Position numbers and translations under genes: made by a program
Notes under the pieces: generated by a model
What the model saw: only the letters and a program-made list of their open reading frames with translations
Told to the model about the DNA's origin: nothing
Databases searched by the model: none
In this document: positions 15,001 through 27,244 of the stretch, one piece after another
Position numbering within the stretch: the stretch's first letter is position 1
How the letters are laid out: each line of letters opens with the position of its first letter
Source: Mobula hypostoma
Taxonomy: Eukaryota
Direction of reading: 5' to 3'
NCBI RefSeq assembly: GCF_963921235.1
Contig: NC_086097.1
Coordinates: 104,596,001 to 104,660,000, forward strand
Length of the DNA stretch: 64,000 nt

Positions 15001-18000
15001 TGAAAGTGGTTTCATGCAACTGCAGTGTAAGACAAAAAAGTTGATTTCTCAGTGCATAAAAACCTTTGACAATACAAGTAGTATACATTTCAATTTTACA
15101 CCAAAGTACTTACAGCAAACCAAATGGAAACACCTTAGGTTAACTTCCCACATGATTCTGAGATGTCTGAAAGTGGTTTCATGCCACTGCAGTGTAAGAC
15201 AAAAAAGTTGTTTTCTCAGTGCATGCAATGCTTTGACAGTACAAGTAGTATACATTTCAATTTTACACCAAAGTACTTACTGCAAACCAAATGGAAACAC
15301 CTTAGGTTAACTTCCCACATGATTCTGAGATGTCTGAAAGTGGTTTCATGCAACTGCAGTGTAAGACAAAAAAGTTGATTTCTCAGTGCATACAAACCTT
15401 TGACAATACAAGTAGTATACATTTCAATTTTACACCAAAGTACTTACAGCAAACCAAATGGAAACACCTTAGGTTAACTTCCCACATGATTCTGAGATGT
15501 CTGAAAGTGGTTTCATGCCACTGCAGTGTAAGACAAAAAAGTTGATTTCTCAGTGCATGCAATGCTTTGACAGTACAAGTAGTATACATTTCAATTTTAC
15601 ACCAAAGTACTTACTGCAAACCTAATGGAAACACCTTAGGTTAACTTCCCACATGATTCTGAGATGTCTGAAAGTGGTTTCATGCCACTGCAGTGTAAGA
15701 CAAAAAAGTTGATTTCTCAGTGCATACAAACCTTTGACAATACAAGTAGTATACATTTCAATTTTACACCAAAGTACTTACAGCAAACCAAATGGAAACA
15801 CCTTAGGTTAACTTCCCACATGATTCTGAGATGTCTGAAAGTGGTTTCATGCCACTGCAGTGTAAGACAAAAAAGTTGTTTTCTCAGTGCATGCAATGCT
15901 TTGACAGTACAAGTAGTATACATTTCAATTTTACACCAAAGTACTTACTGCAAACCAAATGGAAACACCTTAGGTTAACTTCCCACATGATTCTGAGATG
16001 TCTGAAAGTGGTTTCATGCCACTGCAGTGTAAGACAAAAAAGTTGTTTTCTCAGTGCATACAAACCTTTGTCAATACAAGTAGTATACATTTCAATTTTA
16101 CACCAAAGTACTTACAGCAAACCAAATGGAAACACCTTAGGTTAACTTCCCACATGATTCTGAGATGTCTGAAAGTGGTTTCATGCCACTGCAGTGTAAG
16201 ACAAAAAAGTTGATTTCTCAGTGCATACAAACCTTTGACAATACAAGTGGTATACATTTCAATTTTACACCAAAGTACTTACAGCAAACCAAATGGAAAC
16301 ACCTTAGGTTAACTTCCCACATGATTCTGAGATGTCTGAAAGTGGTTTCATGCCACTGCAGTGTAAGACAAAAAAGTTGATTTCTCAGTGCATACAAACC
16401 TTTGACAATACAAGTAGTATACATTTCAATTTTACACCAAAGTACTTACAGCAAACCAAATGGAAACACCTTAGGTTAACTTCCCACATGATTCTGAGAT
16501 GTCTGAAAGTGGTTTCATGCCACTGCAGTGTAAGACAAAAAAGTTGTTTACTCTTTGCATGCAATGCTTTGACAGTACAAGTAGTATACATTTCAATTTT
16601 ACACCAAAGTACTTACTGCAAACCAAATGGAAACACCTTAGGTTAACTTCCCACATGATTCTGAGATGTCTGAAAGTGGTTTCATGCCACTGCAGTGTAA
16701 GACAAAAAAGTTGTTTTCTCTGTGCATACAAACCTTTGACAATACAAGTAGTATACATTTCAATTTTACACCAAAGTACTTACTGCAAACCAAATGGAAA
16801 CACCTTAGGTTAACTTCCCACATGATTCTGAGATGTCTGAAAGTGGTTTCATGCCACTGCAGTGTAAGACAAAAAAGTTGTTTTCTCTGTGCATACAAAC
16901 CTTTGACAATACAAGTGGTATACATTTCAATTTTACACCAAAGTACTTACAGCAAACCAAATGGAAACACCTTAGGTTAACTTCCCACATGATTCTGAGA
17001 TGTCTGAAAGTGGTTTCATGCAACTGCAGTGTAAGACAAAAAAGTTGATTTCTCAGTGCATACAAACCTTTGACAATACAAGTAGTATACATTTCAATTT
17101 TACACCAAAGTACTTACTGCAAACCAAATGGAAACACCTTAGGTTAACTTCCCACATGATTCTGAGATGTCTGAAAGTGGTTTCATGCCACTGCAGTGTA
17201 AGACAAAAAAGTTGATTTCTCAGTGCATACAAACCTTTGACAATGCAAGTAGTATACATTTCAATTTTACACCAAAGTACTTACAGCAAACCAAATGGAA
17301 ACACCTTAGGTTAACTTCCCACATGATTCTGAGATGTCTGAAAGTGGTTTCATGCCACTGCAGTGTAAGACAAAAAAGTTGTTTTCTCAGTGCATGCAAT
17401 GCTTTGACAATACAAGTAGTATACATTTCAATTTTACACCAAAGTACTTACTGCAAACCTAATGGAAACACCTTAGGTTAACTTCCCACATGATTCTGAG
17501 ATGTCTGAAAGTGGTTTCATGCCACTGCAGTGTAAGACAAAAAAGTTGTTTTCTCAGTGCATACAAAGCTTTGTCAATACAAGTAGTATACATTTCAATT
17601 TTACACCAAAGTACTTACAGCAAACCAAATGGAAACACCTTAGGTTAACTTCCCACATGATTCTGAGATGTCTGAAAGTGGTTTCATGCCACTGCAGTGT
17701 AAGACAAAAAAGTTGATTTCTCAGTGCATACAAACCTTTGACAATACAAGTGGTATACATTTCAATTTTACACCAAAGTACTTACAGCAAACCAAATGGA
17801 AACACCTTAGGTTAACTTCCCACATGATTCTGAGATGTCTGAAAGTGGTTTCATGCAACTGCAGTGTAAGACAAAAAAGTTGATTTCTCAGTGCATACAA
17901 ACCTTTGACAATACAAGTAGTATACATTTCAATTTTACACCAAAGTACTTACAGCAAACCAAATGGAAACACCTTAGGTTAACTTCCCACATGATTCTGA

Positions 18001-21000
18001 GATGTCTGAAAGTGGTTTCATGCCACTGCAGTGTAAGACAAAAAAGTTGTTTTCTCAGTGCATGCAATGCTTTGACAGTACAAGTAGTATACATTTCAAT
18101 TTTACACCAAAGTACTTACTGCAAACCAAATGGAAACACCTTAGGTTAACTTCCCACATGATTCTGAGATGTCTGAAAGTGGTTTCATGCCACTGCAGTG
18201 TAAGACAAAAAAGTTGTTTTCTCAGTGCATACAAACCTTTGTCAATACAAGTAGTATACATTTCAATTTTACACCAAAGTACTTACAGCAAACCAAATGG
18301 AAACACCTTAGGTTAACTTCCCACATGATTCTGAGATGTCTGAAAGTGGTTTCATGCAACTGCAGTGTAAGACAAAAAAGTTGATTTCTCAGTGCATACA
18401 AACCTTTGACAATACAAGTAGTATACATTTCAATTTTACACCAAAGTACTTACTGCAAACCAAATGGAAACACCTTAGGTTAACTTCCCACATGATTCTG
18501 AGATGTCTGAAAGTGGTTTCATGCCACTGCAGTGTAAGACAAAAAAGTTGATTTCTCAGTGCATACAAACCTTTGACAATACAAGTGGTATACATTTCAA
18601 TTTTACACCAAAGTACTTACAGCAAACCAAATGGAAACACCTTAGGTTAACTTCCCACATGATTCTGAGATGTCTGAAAGTGGTTTCATGCAACTGCAGT
18701 GTAAGACAAAAAAGTTGATTTCTCAGTGCATACAAACCTTTGACAATACAAGTAGTATACATTTCAATTTTACACCAAAGTACTTACAGCAAACCAAATG
18801 GAAACACCTTAGGTTAACTTCCCACATGATTCTGAGATGTCTGAAAGTGGTTTCATGCCACTGCAGTGTAAGACAAAAAAGTTGTTTTCTCAGTGCATGC
18901 AATGCTTTGACAATACAAGTAGTATACATTTCAATTTTACACCAAAGTACTTACAGCAAACCAAATGGAAACACCTTAGGTTAACTTCCCACATGATTCT
19001 GAGATGTCTGAAAGTGGTTTCATGCCACTGCAGTGTAAGACAAAAAAGTTGATTTCTCAGTGCATACAAACCTTTGACAATACAAGTGGTATACATTTCA
19101 ATTTTACACCAAAGTACTTACAGCAAACCAAATGGAAACACCTTAGGTTAACTTCCCACATGATTCTGAGATGTCTGAAAGTGGTTTCATGCCACTGCAG
19201 TGTAAGACAAAAAAGTTGTTTTCTCAGTGCATACAAAGCTTTGTCAATACAAGTAGTATACATTTCAATTTTACACCAAAGTACTTACAGCAAACCAAAT
19301 GGAAACACCTTAGGTTAACTTCCCACATGATTCTGAGATGTCTGAAAGTGGTTTCATGCCACTGCAGTGTAAGACAAAAAAGTTGTTTTCTCAGTGCATG
19401 CAATGCTTTGACAATACAAGTAGTATACATTTCAATTTTACACCAAAGTACTTACTGCAAACCTAATGGAAACACCTTAGGTTAACTTCCCACATGATTC
19501 TGAGATGTCTGAAAGTGGTTTCATGCCACTGCAGTGTAAGACAAAAAAGTTGATTTCTCAGTGCATACAAACCTTTGACAATACAAGTGGTATACATTTC
19601 AATTTTACACCAAAGTACTTACAGCAAACCAAATGGAAACACCTTAGGTTAACTTCCCACATGATTCTGAGATGTCTGAAAGTGGTTTCATGCCACTGCA
19701 GTGTAAGACAAAAAAGTTGATTTCTCAGTGCATACAAACCTTTGACAATACAAGTGGTATACATTTCAATTTTACACCAAAGTACTTACAGCAAACCAAA
19801 TGGAAACACCTTAGGTTAACTTCCCACATGATTCTGAGATGTCTGAAAGTGGTTTCATGCAACTGCAGTGTAAGACAAAAAAGTTGATTTCTCAGTGCAT
19901 ACAAACCTTTGACAATACAAGTAGTATACATTTCAATTTTACACCAAAGTACTTACAGCAAACCAAATGGAAACACCTTAGGTTAACTTCCCACATGATT
20001 CTGAGATGTCTGAAAGTGGTTTCATGCCACTGCAGTGTAAGACAAAAAAGTTGTTTTCTCAGTGCATGCAATGCTTTGACAATACAAGTAGTATACATTT
20101 CAATTTTACACCAAAGTACTTACTGCAAACCTAATGGAAACACCTTAGGTTAACTTCCCACATGATTCTGAGATGTCTGAAAGTGGTTTCATGCCACTGC
20201 AGTGTAAGACAAAATAGTTGATTTCTCAGTGCATACAGTGCTTTGACTATACAAGTGGTATACATTTTAATTTTACACCAAAGTACTTACAGCAAACCAA
20301 ATGGAAACACCTTAGGTTAACTTCCCACATGATTCTGAGATGTCTGAAAGTGGTTTCATGCCACTGCAGTGTAAGACAAAAAAGTTGATTTCTCAGTGCA
20401 TACAAACCTTTGACAATACAAGTGGTATACATTTCAATTTTACACCAAAGTACTTACAGCAAACCAAATGGAAACACCTTAGGTTAACTTCCCACATGAT
20501 TCTGAGATGTCTGAAAGTGGTTTCATGCCACTGCAGTGTAAGACAAAAAAGTTGTTTTCTCAGTGCATACAAACCTTTGACAATACAAGTAGTATACATT
20601 TCAATTTTACACCAAAGTACTTACAGCAAACCAAATGGAAACACCTTAGGTGAACTTCCCACATGATTCTGAGATGTCTGAAAGTGGTTTCATGCCACTG
20701 CAGTGTAAGACAAAAAAGTTGTTTTCTCAGTGCATGCAATGCTTTGACAGTACAAGTAGTATACATTTCAATTTTACACCAAAGTACTTACTGCAAACCA
20801 AATGGAAACACCTTAGGTTAACTTCCCACATGATTCTGAGATGTCTGAAAGTGGTTTCATGCCACTGCAGTGTAAGACAAAAAAGTTGTTTTCTCAGTGC
20901 ATACAAACCTTTGACAATACAAGTAGTATACATTTCAATTTTACACCAAAGTACTTACAGCAAACCAAATGGAAACACCTTAGGTTAACTTCCCACATGA

Positions 21001-24000
21001 TTCTGAGATGTCTGAAAGTGGTTTCATGCCACTGCAGTGTAAGACAAAAAAGTTGATTTCTCAGTGCATACAAACCTTTGACAATACAAGTGGTATACAT
21101 TTCAATTTTACACCAAAGTACTTACAGCAAACCAAATGGAAACACCTTAGGTTAACTTCCCACATGATTCTGAGATGTCTGAAAGTGGTTTCATGCCACT
21201 GCAGTGTAAGACAAAAAAGTTGATTTCTCAGTGCATACAAACCTTTGACAATACAAGTGGTATACATTTCAATTTTACACCAAAGTACTTACAGCAAACC
21301 AAATGGAAACACCTTAGGTTAACTTCCCACATGATTCTGAGATGTCTGAAAGTGGTTTCATGCCACTGCAGTGTAAGACAAAAAAGTTGATTTCTCAGTG
21401 CATACAAACCTTTGACAATACAAGTGGTATACATTTCAATTTTACACCAAAGTACTTACAGCAAACCAAATGGAAACACCTTAGGTTAACTTCCCACATG
21501 ATTCTGAGATGTCTGAAAGTGGTTTCATGCCACTGCAGTGTAAGACAAAAAAGTTGTTTACTCTTTGCATGCAATGCTTTGACAGTACAAGTAGTATACA
21601 TTTCAATTTTACACCAAAGTACTTACTGCAAACCTAATGGAAACACCTTAGGTTAACTTCCCACATGATTCTGAGATGTCTGAAAGTGGTTTCATGCCAC
21701 TGCAGTGTAAGACAAAAAAGTTGTTTTCTCTGTGCATACAAACCTTTGACAATACAAGTGGTATACATTTCAATTTTACACCAAAGTACTTACAGCAAAC
21801 CAAATGGAAACACCTTAGGTTAACTTCCCACATGATTCTGAGATGTCTGAAAGTGGTTTCATGCCACTGCAGTGTAAGACAAAAAAGTTGATTTCTCAGT
21901 GCATACAAACCTTTGACAATACAAGTGGTATACATTTCAATTTTACACCAAAGTACTTACAGCAAACCAAATGGAAACACCTTAGGTTAACTTCCCACAT
22001 GATTCTGAGATGTCTGAAAGTGGTTTCATGCCACTGCAGTGTAAGACAAAAAAGTTGATTTCTCAGTGCATACAAACCTTTGACAATACAAGTGGTATAC
22101 ATTTCAATTTTACACCAAAGTACTTACAGCAAACCAAATGGAAACACCTTAGGTTAACTTCCCACATGATTCTGAGATGTCTGAAAGTGGTTTCATGCCA
22201 CTGCAGTGTAAGACAAAAAAGTTGTTTTCTCAGTGCATGCAATGCTTTGACAATACAAGTAGTATACATTTCAATTTTACACCAAAGTACTTACTGCAAA
22301 CCTAATGGAAACACCTTAGGTTAACTTCCCACATGATTCTGAGATGTCTGAAAGTGGTTTCATGCCACTGCAGTGTAAGACAAAAAAGTTGATTTCTCAG
22401 TGCATACAAACCTTTGACAATACAAGTAGTATACATTTCAATTTTACACCAAAGTACTTACAGCAAACCAAATGGAAACACCTTAGGTTAACTTCCCACA
22501 TGATTCTGAGATGTCTGAAAGTGGTTTCATGCCACTGCAGTGTAAGACAAAAAAGTTGATTTCTCAGTGCATACAAACCTTTGACAATACAAGTGGTATA
22601 CATTTCAATTTTACACCAAAGTACTTACAGCAAACCAAATGGAAACACCTTAGGTTAACTTCCCACATGATTCTGAGATGTCTGAAAGTGGTTTCATGCC
22701 ACTGCAGTGTAAGACAAAAAAGTTGTTTTCTCAGTGCATGCAATGCTTTCACAGTACAAGTAGTATACATTTCAATTTTACACCAAAGTACTTACAGCAA
22801 ACCTAATGGAAACACCTTAGGTTAACTTCCCACATGATTCTGAGATGTCTGAAAGTGGTTTCATGCAACTGCAGTGTAAGACAAAATAGTTGATTTCTCA
22901 GTGCATACAGTGCTTTGACTATACAAGTGGTATACATTTTAATTTTACACCAAAGTACTTACAGCAAACCAAATGGAAACACCTTAGGTTAACTTCCCAC
23001 ATGATTCTGAGATGTCTGAAAGTGGTTTCATGCCACTGCAGTGTAAGACAAAAAAGTTGATTTCTCAGTGCATACAAACCTTTGACAATACAAGTGGTAT
23101 ACATTTCAATTTTACACCAAAGTACTTACAGCAAACCAAATGGAAACACCTTAGGTTAACTTCCCACATGATTCTGAGATGTCTGAAAGTGGTTTCATGC
23201 CACTGCAGTGTAAGACAAAAAAGTTGATTTCTCAGTGCATACAAACCTTTGACAATACAAGTGGTATACATTTCAATTTTACACCAAAGTACTTACAGCA
23301 AACCAAATGGAAACACCTTAGGTTAACTTCCCACATGATTCTGAGATGTCTGAAAGTGGTTTCATGCCACTGCAGTGTAAGACAAAAAAGTTGTTTTCTC
23401 AGTGCATGCAATGCTTTGACAGTACAAGTAGTATACATTTCAATTTTACACCAAAGTACTTACTGCAAACCTAATGGAAACACCTTAGGTTAACTTCCCA
23501 CATGATTCTGAGATGTCTGAAAGTGGTTTCATGCCACTGCAGTGTAAGACAAAAAAGTTGATTTCTCAGTGCATACAAACCTTTGACAATACAAGTGGTA
23601 TACATTTCAATTTTACACCAAAGTACTTACAGCAAACCAAATGGAAACACCTTAGGTTAACTTCCCACATGATTCTGAGATGTCTGAAAGTGGTTTCATG
23701 CCACTGCAGTGTAAGACAAAAAAGTTGATTTCTCAGTGCATACAAACCTTTGACAATACAAGTGGTATACATTTCAATTTTACACCAAAGTACTTACAGC
23801 AAACCAAATGGAAACACCTTAGGTTAACTTCCCACATGATTCTGAGATGTCTGAAAGTGGTTTCATGCCACTGCAGTGTCAGACAAAAAAGCTGATTTCT
23901 CAGTGCATACAAACCTTTGACAATACAAGTGGTATACATTTCAATTTTACACCAAAGTACTTACAGCAAACCAAATGGAAACACCTTAGGTTAACTTCCC

Positions 24001-25845
24001 ACATGATTCTGAGATGTCTGAAAGTGGTTTCATGCAACTGCAGTGTAAGACAAAAAAGTTGATTTCTCAGTGCATACAGTGCTTTGACTATACAAGTAGT
24101 ATACATTTTAATTTTACACCAAAGTACTTACAGCAAACCAAATGGAAACACCTTAGGTTAACTTCCCACATGATTCTGAGATGTCTGAAAGTGGTTTCAT
24201 GCAACTGCAGTGTAAGACAAAAAAGTTGATTTCTCAGTGCATACAAACCTTTGACAATACAAGTGGTATACATTTCAATTTTACACCAAAGTACTTACAG
24301 CAAACCAAATGGAAACACCTTAGGTTAACTTCCCACATGATTCTGAGATGTCTGAAAGTGGTTTCATGCCACTGCAGTGTAAGACAAAAAAGTTGATTTC
24401 TCAGTGCATACAAACCTTTGACAATACAAGTGGTATACATTTCAATTTTACACCAAAGTACTTACAGCAAACCAAATGGAAACACCTTAGGTTAACTTCC
24501 CACATGATTCTGAGATGTCTGAAAGTGGTTTCATGCAACTGCAGTGTAAGACAAAAAAGTTGATTTCTCAGTGCATACAAACCTTTGACAATACAAGTAG
24601 TATACATTTCAATTTTACACCAAAGTACTTACAGCAAACCAAATGGAAACACCTTAGGTTAACTTCCCACATGATTCTGAGATGTCTGAAAGTGGTTTCA
24701 TGCCACTGCAGTGTAAGACAAAAAAGTTGATTTCTCAGTGCATACAGTGCTTTGACTATACAAGTAGTATACATTTCAATTTTACACCAAAGTACTTACA
24801 GCAAACCAAATGGAAACACCTTAGGTTAACTTCCCACATGATTCTGAGATGTCTGAAAGTGGTTTCATGCCACTGCAGTGTAAGACAAAAAAGTTGTTTT
24901 CTCAGTGCATACAAAGCTTTGACAATACAAGTAGTATACATTTCAATTTTACACCAAAGTACTTACTGCAAACCAAATGGAAACACCTTAGGTTAACTTC
25001 CCACATGATTCTGAGATGTCTGAAAGTGGTTTCATGCCACTGCAGTGTAAGACAAAAAAGTTGATTTCTCAGTGCATACAAACCTTTGACAATACAAGTG
25101 GTATACATTTCAATTTTACACCAAAGTACTTACTGCAAACCTAATGGAAACACCTTAGGTTAACTTCCCACATGATTCTGAGATGTCTGAAAGTGGTTTC
25201 ATGCAACTGCAGTGTAAGACAAAAAAGTTGATTTCTCAGTGCATACAGTGCTTTGACTATACAAGTAGTATACATTTTAATTTTACACCAAAGTACTTAC
25301 TGCAAACCAAATGGAAACACCTTAGGTTAACTTCCCACATGATTCTGAGATGTCTGAAAGTGGTTTCATGCCACTGCAGTGTAAGACAAAAAAGTTGATT
25401 TCTCAGTGCATACAGTGCTTTGACTATACAAGTGGTATACATTTCAATTTTACACCAAAGTACTTATTGCAAACTGATGGAAACACCTTAGGTTAACTTC
25501 CCACATGATTCTGAGATGTCTGAAAGTGGTTTCATGCCACTGCAGTGTAAGACAAAAAAGTTGATTTCTCAGTGCATTCAAACCTTTGACAATGCAAGTG
25601 GTATACATTTCAATTTTACACCAAAGTACTTACTGCAAACCAAATGGAAACACCTTAGGTTAACTTCCCACATGATTCTGAGATGTCTGAAAGTGGTTTC
25701 ATGCCACTGCAGTGTAAGACAAAAAAGTTGTTTTCTCAGTGCATATAATGCTTTGACAATACAATTGGAGTATACATTTCAATTTTACACCAAAGTACTT
25801 ATTTCAAACTGATGGAAACACCTTAGGTTAACTTCCCAAATGATT
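1..25845. repeat. Homogeneous 167-bp tandem satellite array (~155 monomers; candidate centromeric satellite), continues off the left edge
   Basis: 167-bp periodicity, with occasional 166-bp monomers, of the unit GCAGTGTAAGACAAAAAAGTTG...GGTTTCATGCCACT. Monomers differ at only a few recurrent sites. Centromeric role is inferred from length and homogeneity. Confidence 0.98.
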
Positions 25846-26102
25846 CTATGTGTTTGAACCTGTTTGATCACTGCAGCTCTTGAAGATACAAAAAGTTGTT
25901 TTCTCAGAGCATACAGTGTATTGACATTTAAAGAGGTATACCTTTTCAATTTTACTCAAAAGTACTAACTGCAAACCTGATGCAAACATCTTAACTAAAC
26001 TTCCCACATGATTCTGAGATGTCTGAAAGTGGATTGATGCCACTGCAGCTCCTCAAGATAAAAAAGTTGTTTTCTCAGTGCATACAGTGAATTGACATAA
26101 AA
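25846..26102. repeat. Transitional/hybrid satellite monomers
   Basis: Mix of young-type (GATGTCTGAAAGTGG, CCACTGCAG) and old-type (CCTGTTTGATCACT, CTCCTCAAGATAAAAAAG) segments. Confidence 0.85.
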
Positions 26103-27244
26103 AGAAACATAGAAACATAGAAAATAGGTGCAGGAGTAGGCCATTCGGCCCTTCGAACCTGCACCGCCATTTATTATGATCATGGCTGATCATCCAACTC
26201 AGGACCCCGCCCCAGCCTTCCCTCCATACCCCCTGACCCCCGTAGCCACAAGGGCCATATCTAACTCCCTCTTAAACATAGCCAATGAACTGGCCTCAAC
26301 AGTTTGCTGTGGCAGAGAATTCCACAGATTCACCACGCTCTGTGTGAAGAAGTTTTTCCTAATCTCGGTCCTAAAAGGCTTCCCCTCTATCCTCAAACTG
26401 TGACCCCTCATTCTGGACTTCCCCAACATCAGGAACAATCTTCCTGCATCTAGCCTGTCCAATCCCTTTAGGATCTTATACGTTTCAATCAGATCCCCCC
26501 TCAATCTTCTAAATTCCAACGAGTACAAGCCCAGTTCATCCAGTCTTTCTTCATATGAAAGTCCTGCCATCCCAGGAATCAATCTGGTGAACCTTCTTTG
26601 TACTCCCTCTATGGCAAAGATGTCTTTCCTCAGATTAGGGGACCAAAACTGCACACAATACTCCAGGTGTGGTCTCACCAAGGCCTTGTACAACTGCAGT
26701 AGTACCTCCCTGCTCCTGTACTCGAATCCTCTCGCTATAAATGCCAGCATACCATTCGCCTTTTTCACCGCCTGCTGTACCTGCATGCCCACTTTCAATG
26801 ACTGGTGTATAATGACACCCAGGTCTCGTTGCACCTCCCCTTTTCCTAATCGGCCACCATTCAGATAATAATCTGTTTTCCTATTTTTGCCACCAAAGTG
26901 GATAACTTCACATTTATCCACATTAAATTGCATCTGCCATGAGTTTGCCCACTCACCCAACCTATCCAAGTCACCCTGCATCCTCTTAGTATCCTCCTCA
27001 CTGCTAACACTGCCGCCAAGCTTCGTGTCATCCGCAAACTTGGAGATGCTGCATTTAATTCCCTCATCCAAGTCATTAATATATATTGTAAACAACTGGG
27101 GTCCCAGCACTGAGCCTTGCGGTACCCCACTAGTCACCGCCTGCCATTCTGAAAAGGTCCCGTTTATTCCCACTCTTTGCTTCCTGTCTGCTAACCAATT
27201 CTCCACCCACACCAATACCTTACCCCCAATACCGTGTGCTTTAA
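26103..27244 (-). mobile_element. 5'-truncated CR1-clade LINE inserted into a satellite monomer
   Basis: Minus ORF has SGVPQGSVLGP, YINDL and KFADD RT motifs plus a CR1-type C-terminus. The 3' tail is (TTTCTATG)n at ~26103-26123. It splits the satellite motif GACATAAAAAGAA|GTATACC. Confidence 0.93.
26199..27244 (-). CDS. Uninterrupted C-terminal fragment of CR1 ORF2 (reverse transcriptase); no genuine start
   Basis: ORF track 26199..27257; the first codons lie in satellite sequence. Confidence 0.8.

Noticed and set aside
1..25845. CRISPR-like array
   Set aside because: No unique spacers, no cas genes, eukaryotic context.
1..25845. CENP-B box
   Set aside because: The motif needs TTCG and CGGG; the consensus has no CpG.
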